Position numbers and translations under genes: made by a program. Below the pieces are notes generated by a model. The model saw only the letters and a list, made by a program, of their open reading frames with translations, did not search any database and had not been told where the DNA came from. From Promethearchaeota archaeon (lineage in GTDB: Archaea > Asgardarchaeota > Lokiarchaeia > Sigyniarchaeales > SOKP01), in NCBI GenBank assembly GCA_048941285.1, contig JBHLNS010000015.1, positions 21,763 through 59,442 on the forward strand: 37,680 bases of DNA, in the 5' to 3' direction. Shown in pieces: positions 10,177 through 18,623 of the stretch (position 1 is its first letter; every line of letters starts with the position of its first letter).

Positions 10177-11448
10177 TTAATCTAATTTAAGATCTAAAAG
10201 TTTGCGAAAAATATCAATATAATCGTTTACAATTATATCCCAATTGAAATCCTTTATGATTCTTTGATACCCATTAACGCCCATCTCCTTTGCAATTTCT
10301 TTGTTATTATAAATAAATAGGATTTTTTTCAGTAAATCTTCAAAATCATTTTCTTTAACCAATAATCCTGTTACATTATTTATTATAGCTTCACTTATAC
10401 CTCCCGAATAAGTGCCAATTACAGGACATTTAAAATAATTAGCCTCAATAAAAACAATACCAAAGCCTTCAATAGATTCTTTTTCTCTGGAAGAAGGCAT
10501 TAAAAATAAATCTGATAGTTTAAAAAATGAGTTTCTTACCAATTTAGAAACAAAACCTAGAAAAATTACACTATCTTCCAAATTTAATTCTTTAGTTAGT
10601 TCTTTGAGATTTGAAGTTGCATCTCCTTCACCAATCAAATAATATTTGATGTTGGTAATTTTTAATCCATTCTTCATAAAATTTATTGCCTTAATCACCA
10701 TATCAAAATTTTTTCTTGAAACGTGCCGCCCAACACTCAACAAAATAAAGTCATTTTCAGAAATATTGTATTTTTCCCTTAATTCTGATTTTGAAGCATT
10801 AACATTATAATCATCAAAGTTTAAACCATATCGAATTACAACTAATTGTTCTTCATTTAAAGGATGGATTTTTTTAATAAGATTCTTCATACTATACGTT
10901 CCAAGTATTATTAAATCTAAATTTCTGATATAAAAACTTTGAAATGAGAATCTGGATTTTACAAGAAAATCATTACCGTATGTTAATGAACATACTTTTT
11001 TATTTAATAGTATTGATAAAATATAAATCAATGGTAGGATATATTCAGTCGTTGCTCCACCTAAGATAACGTCTAAATTTAAAAATTGCACAATAGGTAG
11101 GATTTTTTCAAGATTGAGAAACGTACTAATGAATATTTGAGGTTTAATAACCAAAAATGAAATTATTCTAATCTTATCAGAAAATTTGGTTTTTTTATCA
11201 ATTAAAATCTTCCAAAAAGTTTTTAGAATAACTTTCAATGATTTTTTATGAATTAGAATTGAAATTAAAGTTTTTAAACTATATTTCTGTATTTCTTGAA
11301 TTTTAAATGAATTTTTTCCATTATCATATGGATTAAAAAAATACAATTTCTCAGATTTGTTATGCAATGCTTCTATTAAGCACTTTAAAACATAACCAGT
11401 CCCTCCTTCCTTTGGAATATACCCTGGATAAAATAATCCTATTCTCAT
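10177..11448 (-). CDS. Glycosyltransferase family 4
   Basis: LSVGRHVSRKNF, LIGEG, FLGFV, EGFGIVFIEA, SGGISEAI and FNW. Confidence 0.9.
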   Translation of the reverse strand: MRIGLFYPGYIPKEGGTGYVLKCLIEALHNKSEKLYFFNPYDNGKNSFKIQEIQKYSLKTLISILIHKKSLKVILKTFWKILIDKKTKFSDKIRIISFLVIKPQIFISTFLNLEKILPIVQFLNLDVILGGATTEYILPLIYILSILLNKKVCSLTYGNDFLVKSRFSFQSFYIRNLDLIILGTYSMKNLIKKIHPLNEEQLVVIRYGLNFDDYNVNASKSELREKYNISENDFILLSVGRHVSRKNFDMVIKAINFMKNGLKITNIKYYLIGEGDATSNLKELTKELNLEDSVIFLGFVSKLVRNSFFKLSDLFLMPSSREKESIEGFGIVFIEANYFKCPVIGTYSGGISEAIINNVTGLLVKENDFEDLLKKILFIYNNKEIAKEMGVNGYQRIIKDFNWDIIVNDYIDIFRKLLDLKLD

Positions 11449-11579
11449 TTTAAGTTAGGTCATATAATCTTAAATAATGTAAAATTTAGCTTTAAAATAA
11501 GTTTTTCTTTATTTACTAATCCACTTAAACTTATGCCTCATCTTTTTACACTTAAAAAGGGTAGTATAGAATCATATTT

Positions 11580-12512
11580 TTAATTAATTGATTTTGAAAA
11601 ATTCATTAATTCCTTATACGCATTTTTTATACTATTTCGATAAGATTCAGGAACAATCCAATTAATTAGCCATGGGAAAGCCTTGATAATGTAATAATTA
11701 ATTAACTTTTTTCGTAGAAAATATTTGTATTTTATCCTATTATTTTTATTTATTTTACTCTGATATAAAAAGAATGCTTTTCTTAGAAAACGAGAATTAT
11801 TTGGAATCTTTAATACTCCTTTATTTGGAAACCAATATCTTTCTTCTTCACCACGATTAAGATTATTAATAAATAATTGCCTTTTTTTATCATTAATAAG
11901 AGATAACTTATGATCATGAAATATTTTTATTTTTCCTATAATATAGGAGGCAAATGGGGATCTAAAATTATAATTTGGGGGGAAAGTGAAGAAAGAAATG
12001 GGTAATTTAAACACCATTCGGCGGAAGGAAGGTTGGTCATTGCCATCATTAATTCTATCATAGGATTCATTCCATAATTTTAAAAATTTCTTAACAATTT
12101 CATTTTTTTTATAAAATACTATACCTGCTTGATATGAATCAGGTTGATAATTTTTATTTTTAAAAGGAGGATTTGAGGCAGCTAAATCATATTTTTCTAG
12201 CATCTCAAATATTTCTGAAATATTATCAGCAACTATTGTATCACAATCCAAATAAATAGTCTTTTGATAGGGTGTATTTATCATAGCATAAATTTTATCA
12301 CCAAACCCATACTCTGGGCTCTGTACATAATGAATTGAATCAAATATATTTTCGTTATCTTGGAATTTATTTTTATTGTCAACAAATATAGATATTCCAA
12401 TATCCTTATTATATTTTCTCACTGATTTCGCAGAAATTTTTGCTTCTTTTAAGAATAACGCTTTACCTGTTGCAATATAAATTACTCCATTCTTAGGGAA
12501 GGTTTTTCTAAT
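11580..12512 (-). CDS. GT8-like nucleotide-diphospho-sugar transferase (GT-A); start extended to a probable ATT
   Basis: DxD motif TIYLDCDT, NDQPSFR and YNFR. The frame is open upstream of the track's GTG (12422) through KNGVIYIATGKALFLKEAKISAKS, a GT-A first strand and helix, up to ATT 12512 / ATA 12515; in-frame TGA at 12519-12521. Confidence 0.7.
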   Translation of the reverse strand: MRKTFPKNGVIYIATGKALFLKEAKISAKSVRKYNKDIGISIFVDNKNKFQDNENIFDSIHYVQSPEYGFGDKIYAMINTPYQKTIYLDCDTIVADNISEIFEMLEKYDLAASNPPFKNKNYQPDSYQAGIVFYKKNEIVKKFLKLWNESYDRINDGNDQPSFRRMVFKLPISFFTFPPNYNFRSPFASYIIGKIKIFHDHKLSLINDKKRQLFINNLNRGEEERYWFPNKGVLKIPNNSRFLRKAFFLYQSKINKNNRIKYKYFLRKKLINYYIIKAFPWLINWIVPESYRNSIKNAYKELMNFSKSIN

Positions 12513-12647
12513 TATTAATCACATTTACCAGAATTTAGTGCTATTATTTATATATAAAAAGAAATAATCTATTTTTATCTTTTTTAATTAGTTCTATAAA
12601 GATTTTTCGATGGAATTCTGAGCTTAAATTTGGAAAAAATTTTAGCT

Positions 12648-13538
12648 TTAACTTTCCCAATTAAAATTCATTCCTAAATAATCATAAAGTTGCTCATTAT
12701 ATGGCTTAAAATATTCCTTTAATTCTATTTTTATTTTTGTATCTAATTTATTATAATTTCCTTGATTAGATCTTTTAAACGTAATATTTTCATTAGGACT
12801 TAGGCCTAGAAAATCAAAAGTTTTTTTTAATATTACTTTAGGATTCTTGAAGAGTTCTTCACTTTTAATTATCAAGAATTGGCTTTTAGGAAAAAGTTCT
12901 ATCCACTTCTTAATTTGATTTATGTAAATACCTCTCGTTATATAAGAATAATTTCTAAATATGCGACTGTAATAATATTTATGTTCTAATATTTTTTTCA
13001 TTTCATTATCCATTTTTTCCTGTTCTCTTTTTATAGCTTTTTCAAATGAGAGTTTTTCTATCCCACGCCGAACTTCATGATTATAATGAGAATAAGCTCT
13101 GTTTACAGGATTTCTTAATAAAATTATTATTTTTACATTCGGAATAATTGATTTAACTCTACTAGGCACACGTGGATGTAAAATATAATAAGGAGATGCT
13201 TCTCCTGTAATAATCTTTTGAGATAAAATATATTTATTAAAATATTTAGAAATTAAAGTTGGAAAGTAAGATTTATACCATAAAATCCCTCTACGAAAAT
13301 TATTATCAAAGAAATGAATTTCTTTTCTTCTAAGAGAAATTTTTACATTAGGATGTTGTTTAAGGCAATTATAGAAAAAAGTTGTTCCACATCTCTGACC
13401 CCCAATAATCAAAAAATCAGGCAATAATCTTATTGGTGCTGTTAGAATTTTAATAACTTTGCCAATTGGTTTACGTCTATCTAATTCAATTGATGTTATA
13501 TTCGAAAAAAAACCATATTTTATAGAGGAGGTTTTCAT
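12648..13538 (-). CDS. Sulfotransferase, heparan-sulfate 3-O/N-sulfotransferase-like (Sulfotransfer_1)
   Basis: LPDFLIIGGQRCGTT, KEIHFFD, GEASPYY, LLRNPVNRAYSHY, RGIY and FKPYNEQL. Confidence 0.88.
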   Translation of the reverse strand: MKTSSIKYGFFSNITSIELDRRKPIGKVIKILTAPIRLLPDFLIIGGQRCGTTFFYNCLKQHPNVKISLRRKEIHFFDNNFRRGILWYKSYFPTLISKYFNKYILSQKIITGEASPYYILHPRVPSRVKSIIPNVKIIILLRNPVNRAYSHYNHEVRRGIEKLSFEKAIKREQEKMDNEMKKILEHKYYYSRIFRNYSYITRGIYINQIKKWIELFPKSQFLIIKSEELFKNPKVILKKTFDFLGLSPNENITFKRSNQGNYNKLDTKIKIELKEYFKPYNEQLYDYLGMNFNWES

Positions 13539-13611
13539 AATTATTCAATATGACAAATAATTTATTACTTTTATTTATCAATAATTCCCTTTCTTATCTA
13601 GGATAGAAAAA

Positions 13612-14376
13612 CTAATTTTGTAAAAACTTTTTGATTGTTTTCATTAAGTATCTTGGAATTTTCCATGGGCTTTTTATCCCCCTTGTTATTAAGTGTTTGA
13701 TTAGCAGTCTATTCTTGATTTTATTTCTTTTTACTTTTGGAAGAACAAATTCTATTGCTTTTTGGTATTGTTTCGATTTTACTTTAATATCTAAAAAGTC
13801 TATAATCTCGTTAATATTTTCTTTTGGATTAGAAATAACATCATTATAATTTAAATCAATTTTTCTTAAATTTGGATAATCCTTGAAAAAATTTACAATT
13901 TCTTCTTGATAAATTTCATATAATTTTATTGCTTTATCACGAGGCATCCTACTTCTTTTATATAATGAATTAGCAATTGATTCCGGTTCTCTATGACAAA
14001 CTATGAAATAGGCATTAATTAAATATGGAAGATACAATCTAATTGTTAAACACGTTCGAGGATCTTTCCAACCCCACAATTGAGGTTTTTCCTTAACTAA
14101 TTTCTTTATACTATTTTCAAATTTACTCCTTTGATATAGAATTTGTTCCAGTTTAGGGGGATTTTCCCAAGAACCTCCAGCTTCTCTCAAAATATCATTA
14201 TTTAAATTTAAGAATTTTATATCCTCATAAAAGCCCAGAGGATTTGATATTATTCTATCTTCACGAAAATTTTCACCCATAGTTACCCCTAATCTGGTTA
14301 AAACCCCTCCAACCATGGAAGTTCCACTTCTATGCATACCTAAAATTACTACTACTTTACTTTTATTCTTATTCAT
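13612..14376 (-). CDS. Sulfotransferase family protein
   Basis: VVILGMHRSGTS, NPLGFYED, WGWKDPRT and HREPESIANSL. Confidence 0.85.
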   Translation of the reverse strand: MNKNKSKVVVILGMHRSGTSMVGGVLTRLGVTMGENFREDRIISNPLGFYEDIKFLNLNNDILREAGGSWENPPKLEQILYQRSKFENSIKKLVKEKPQLWGWKDPRTCLTIRLYLPYLINAYFIVCHREPESIANSLYKRSRMPRDKAIKLYEIYQEEIVNFFKDYPNLRKIDLNYNDVISNPKENINEIIDFLDIKVKSKQYQKAIEFVLPKVKRNKIKNRLLIKHLITRGIKSPWKIPRYLMKTIKKFLQN

Positions 14377-14658
14377 TCTCTTTATTTGGTGTATATGAAT
14401 TTCATAGTAGGGAAAAAATTACTCTATTAAATCAAATCATTATTTTAAATATCCTTAAATGTATATCAAGTCCTTAGAATATATTAATTATATGATTGAA
14501 TAAATAAAACTCTTTTTTATAATAAAATCGAAATAATTAAAAAATTTGATTTATGGAAAAAGAAAAAATAATAAGTTATTCTAGAAGGCTATTAGAAGGA
14601 AGCTTTATTAAAAATTTGAAAGAAAAATAATAATTAACTTAAAAATAAATCAAGAATA

Positions 14659-15819
14659 TTGCTAACTATGGATGAATTAATACCAATTGAAAAGGTCTAT
14701 GAGGAAAATCCGAGAGTTAAGGAACTTCAAAAACAATGTTTTATTTTAAATCCGGAAAATATTGAAGTATATTTAGAAGAAATCAAAAAAAGAAAAACAA
14801 CTTTTCCAAGTGAAAAATTTTGGAAAAATAAGAGAGTTTTAATAACAGGTATTAGTGGATTTGCTGGAAGTCATTTAGCAGAACAATTATTGGATTTAGG
14901 CAGCGAAATTCATGGAACTATTCGCAGACATGCTGTACCTATGCATGAAAATATTGAGCATTTACGAGGTAAAATTACATTACACGAAGCAGACATAACA
15001 AGTGCTGAAAGAATATTAGAAATTTTCGAAGAAATTCAACCTAATGCTGTGTTTCATCTTGCTGCTGAATCATTTGTCCCAACATCTTTTAGGGAACCAG
15101 TAAGAGTGAGTCATAATAATATTGTAGGAACAATTAAAATATTTGAAGCTGCAAGAAGATTTGATGATGAATTAGAGAGCATTCATGTTGCATGTAGCAG
15201 TGAACAATATGGTCTCGTTGATCCTAAAGAGGTGCCAGTTACCGAAGATCTTAAGCAGAATCCTTTTCGTCCAAGAAGTATTTATGGTATTACAAAAGTT
15301 GCAACTGAACAAATTGCTTGGCTCTATCATAATTCATATGGAGTCCCTAGTGTAATAACTCGCGGTTTTAATCATGAGGGTCCACGAAGAGGAATTCAAT
15401 TCGTTACAAGTGTAATACATCGTCAGATTGTTGAGATTTTGAAAAAGAAAAGGGATTACATTGTTGTAGGAAATCCAAATGCCATTCGTGATTTCACACA
15501 CGTAAAAGACACCGTTAACGCTTATATTTTAACAAGTGAGAAAAAAAAATATGGGGAACCTTATAATGTTTGCTCTGGAATAGGGATTACTATAGGTGAT
15601 TATGTAAAGTTATCAAAAAAAATATATAATCTCTCAACAAAAGTATTTGTAGATCCCCAGAGAATGCGACCTAGTGAAGTTCCTTTACTAATCGGAAGAA
15701 ATGATAAAATCTTTAAAGATATAGGATGGAGGCCCATAAGATCTATCATTGATATTATACAAGAAGGGGTTAAATATTTTCAGGAGCATCCAGAGCAATT
15801 AGGAATTGAAGCTCATTGA
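14659..15819 (+). CDS. gmd: GDP-mannose 4,6-dehydratase-like extended SDR
   Basis: VLITGISGFAGSHL, HLAAESFV, SSEQYG, YxxxK (YGITK), FNHEGPRRG, GNPNAIRDF and RPSEV. About 55 aa of N-terminal extension; the start may be ATG 14668. Confidence 0.8.
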   Translation: MLTMDELIPIEKVYEENPRVKELQKQCFILNPENIEVYLEEIKKRKTTFPSEKFWKNKRVLITGISGFAGSHLAEQLLDLGSEIHGTIRRHAVPMHENIEHLRGKITLHEADITSAERILEIFEEIQPNAVFHLAAESFVPTSFREPVRVSHNNIVGTIKIFEAARRFDDELESIHVACSSEQYGLVDPKEVPVTEDLKQNPFRPRSIYGITKVATEQIAWLYHNSYGVPSVITRGFNHEGPRRGIQFVTSVIHRQIVEILKKKRDYIVVGNPNAIRDFTHVKDTVNAYILTSEKKKYGEPYNVCSGIGITIGDYVKLSKKIYNLSTKVFVDPQRMRPSEVPLLIGRNDKIFKDIGWRPIRSIIDIIQEGVKYFQEHPEQLGIEAH

Positions 15820-15903
15820 TACTCTTAATAAAATCTAAACATAACAATAAGCTAATCGGTTTAATTCAAAAATTTTATTTAATCATCTTTATTATTTATT
15901 TTA

Positions 15904-17373
15904 ATGAGTAAAGACTTACAAAGAAAAGCAGTAATATTAATAACAATTGATGCTTTAAGACCTGATCATTTAAAGTCTTATGGATATAATCGAAATACTG
16001 CTCCAAATTTAGAAGAATTTGCGAAGAATGGTATAATTTTTTCAAATGCGATTACAAATGGGCCTGAAACACCTACTGCTTTTTCATCATTATTTACATC
16101 AGTTTTGCCTTTTTTAGATGGAGGTTATAGTCCATTACCATCACAAAAGATTTCATTTCCTCAACTCCTACAAGAAAATAATATATTCACATATTCTGTA
16201 CATAGCAATCCTAATTTAGGGAGTTATTTTAACTATGATAGAGGATTCGATGTTTTTTTGGATGGAGTTAGGTATAAAAAAGATTCTACTGACCACAAAC
16301 GACTTAATTTCAAACAAATTTTAAGTTTTTACATTAAAAAAATAATCAATTATAAAAATATTTTTAAATTCTTATTATTTCGACTTAAAGGATTCAATAT
16401 TATAAAATCTTGGTTTCGAAGTAAAATTCCATTTATTACTGATATTTTGTTACCTTTTACACCAATAGCTTACAATGCTCCTTATATAAGTAATAAATTA
16501 AAATCATTATTAGCCACAATTAAAAAGCCTTTTTTTGTTTGGGCTCACTTCATGGACGTTCACAGCCCATATAACCCTCCAACTCAGAACGTTTTACGCT
16601 TCAGAAAAAAAGATTTTAATATTTCTGAAAGAGAATTTTTAACAAAAAAAGTATATTCAAATCTTACTAAAATCAATAAAACAAATCGGATGATAGAAGA
16701 TCTCAAAATTCTCTATGATAGTGAAATCAATTTTGTAGATGAAAATTTACAAATAATCTTTGATATTATTAACCACCGATTCAAAAATGGTTGTTTGATT
16801 ATCATAACTGCCGATCACGGAGAGAGTTTTTTTGAACATAAAATTTCTGGTCATCAAGGAAGCGTTTATGAGGAAGTATTGAAAATTCCTTTAATAATAG
16901 TAGAATTAGGTAAAAAAATTATTAAAAAAAAAATTGAAGATACTGTTGAATTAATGGATCTTGCCCCTACAATTTTAGATTATTTTGGACTTGAAATTCC
17001 TGACACGTACCAAGGAAAAAGTCTTCTCAATTTAATTCAAGGTCATAAATTAGAAAGAAAAAATATTATTATTTCAGAATGTCATCAAAAAAAAGGATTT
17101 ATGAAAAGGAATCGAAATGAGGGGTATATTTTGATGGCAATTCGCAATGAAGAATGGAAATATATATTTGATGAAGAAAAAAATATTGAATTTCTTTTTA
17201 ATTTGAATGAAGATTCCATGGAAAAAAATAATTTAGTAGAAGAATTTCCAGAAAAGATAAATGAATTTAGAGTAATAAAAGAGTTCCATCTTAAGAAATC
17301 TTATGAATTAATTGAAGAGAGATCAAAAATTGTTAAAGCTATTGATTTATTGGATGGTAATCAATCAAATTAA
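15904..17373 (+). CDS. Sulfatase-like hydrolase/transferase (AlkP superfamily)
   Basis: ITIDALRPDHL, GPETPTAFSSLFT (Thr at the presumed nucleophile site, no CxPxR), HFMDVHSPY, YDSEI, TADHGE, GH, DLAPTILD and WKYI. Confidence 0.85.
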   Translation: MSKDLQRKAVILITIDALRPDHLKSYGYNRNTAPNLEEFAKNGIIFSNAITNGPETPTAFSSLFTSVLPFLDGGYSPLPSQKISFPQLLQENNIFTYSVHSNPNLGSYFNYDRGFDVFLDGVRYKKDSTDHKRLNFKQILSFYIKKIINYKNIFKFLLFRLKGFNIIKSWFRSKIPFITDILLPFTPIAYNAPYISNKLKSLLATIKKPFFVWAHFMDVHSPYNPPTQNVLRFRKKDFNISEREFLTKKVYSNLTKINKTNRMIEDLKILYDSEINFVDENLQIIFDIINHRFKNGCLIIITADHGESFFEHKISGHQGSVYEEVLKIPLIIVELGKKIIKKKIEDTVELMDLAPTILDYFGLEIPDTYQGKSLLNLIQGHKLERKNIIISECHQKKGFMKRNRNEGYILMAIRNEEWKYIFDEEKNIEFLFNLNEDSMEKNNLVEEFPEKINEFRVIKEFHLKKSYELIEERSKIVKAIDLLDGNQSN

Positions 17374-17412
17374 GAATAAAATATTTAAAATCCAATAAAA
17401 TTATTTAAAGAG

Positions 17413-18129
17413 TTATAAGTTTAGTTCTCGTTTTTGAATTTTAATTAAATCCAAAATACCTTTTTCTCCAACATTTATTATTTCTTTTAGTTTATCTTTG
17501 CTAAAAGTGGCACCTTCGGCTGTTCCTTGTATTTCAATAATTTCAGAATCTTCATTCATAACCAAATTAAAATCTACATCAACTTTAGAGTCTTCATTAT
17601 AATCTAAATCCAATAAAGTTTGACTATTCTTCAACCCTAAAGATATTGCAGCTACAACTTTATAATCAGGAAACTCAAATATCTGCTGTTTATTATATAG
17701 ATAATTAATTGCATCAAAAACCGCAACAAATGCTCCCGTAATTGAAGCACATCTTGTTCCTCCATCTGCTTGAATCACATCGCAATCTATTTTAATAGTT
17801 CGTTCTCCCAGTTTTTCATAATTGAAAGCAGCTCGTATACTGCGCCCAATTAATCTTTGAATCTCAATCGTTCTACCTCTATAGAGCTCTCTTTGATTTC
17901 TTACTTGAGTAGCTCTCGGTAACATCGAATATTCAGCTGTAATCCACCCAGTTCCAGTATCTACTAAAAATCGTGGTACAGACTCTATGATCGAAGCGGT
18001 AACAATAACTTTTGTATTTCCTTGAGTTATTAAAACAGATCCCTCGGGGTATTTAAGATAAGCTCTTTCTATTGTCGTTTTTCTTATCTCATCATATTTC
18101 CTTCCATCAAATCTTATATTTCCAGGCAT
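17413..18129 (-). CDS. rph: Ribonuclease PH (bacterial type)
   Basis: RFDGR, EGSVL, GWITAEYSMLPRAT, GRTIEIQRLIGRSIR, DCDVIQADGGTRCASITG, DLDYNED and EIQGTAEG. ATG 18129 preferred over TTG 18147. Confidence 0.92.
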   Translation of the reverse strand: MPGNIRFDGRKYDEIRKTTIERAYLKYPEGSVLITQGNTKVIVTASIIESVPRFLVDTGTGWITAEYSMLPRATQVRNQRELYRGRTIEIQRLIGRSIRAAFNYEKLGERTIKIDCDVIQADGGTRCASITGAFVAVFDAINYLYNKQQIFEFPDYKVVAAISLGLKNSQTLLDLDYNEDSKVDVDFNLVMNEDSEIIEIQGTAEGATFSKDKLKEIINVGEKGILDLIKIQKRELNL

Positions 18130-18282
18130 ATTAAGTTTCTCTTGCAATAAATGATAAAAAAATTAAAGTAAAGACTATTCGATTTTGTATTTTAATTTTA
18201 AAAAAGTATAATAATAAATCTTTTGAAAAGTAAAAAAGTTTCTAAAATTAGAATCTTTGGAATAAACTTTATAACTTAACTT

Positions 18283-18543
18283 TTATTTTTGGACAAGTTT
18301 ACAAGCATTTAAAATTTCCTTCCATATTGCTTCAACACTTATCCCTTTTATTATATTAGATTTCTTAATCATTCGCTCCAGAATTTCTTTTTCTCTCTGT
18401 GGTTGAGACACATCAATATTCAATTTTTTTTTCAGAATTCCAATTTCTAAAACAACTTTTGCTCGTTTATCTAATAAATCGACGAGTCTATCGTCAATTT
18501 CATCAATATTTTTCCTTAATTTCTCAATTTTTTCCATTGACAA
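18283..18543 (-). CDS. Monofunctional chorismate mutase (AroQ / CM_2)
   Basis: LRKNIDEIDDRLVDLLDKRAKVVLEIGILK and QREKEIL. The start may be ATG 18537. Confidence 0.85.
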   Translation of the reverse strand: MSMEKIEKLRKNIDEIDDRLVDLLDKRAKVVLEIGILKKKLNIDVSQPQREKEILERMIKKSNIIKGISVEAIWKEILNACKLVQK

Positions 18544-18623
18544 TACTTTTAATATTTTTTTAAAATCTTATTAACAGCTTTTCTAAATTTTATCTATTTA
18601 CAACTATCTGATATTTTTTTAGT

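Noticed and set aside
17413-18147. Annotation as archaeal exosome subunit Rrp41
   Set aside because: The motifs are of the bacterial Rph type and the exosome-cluster neighbours are absent.
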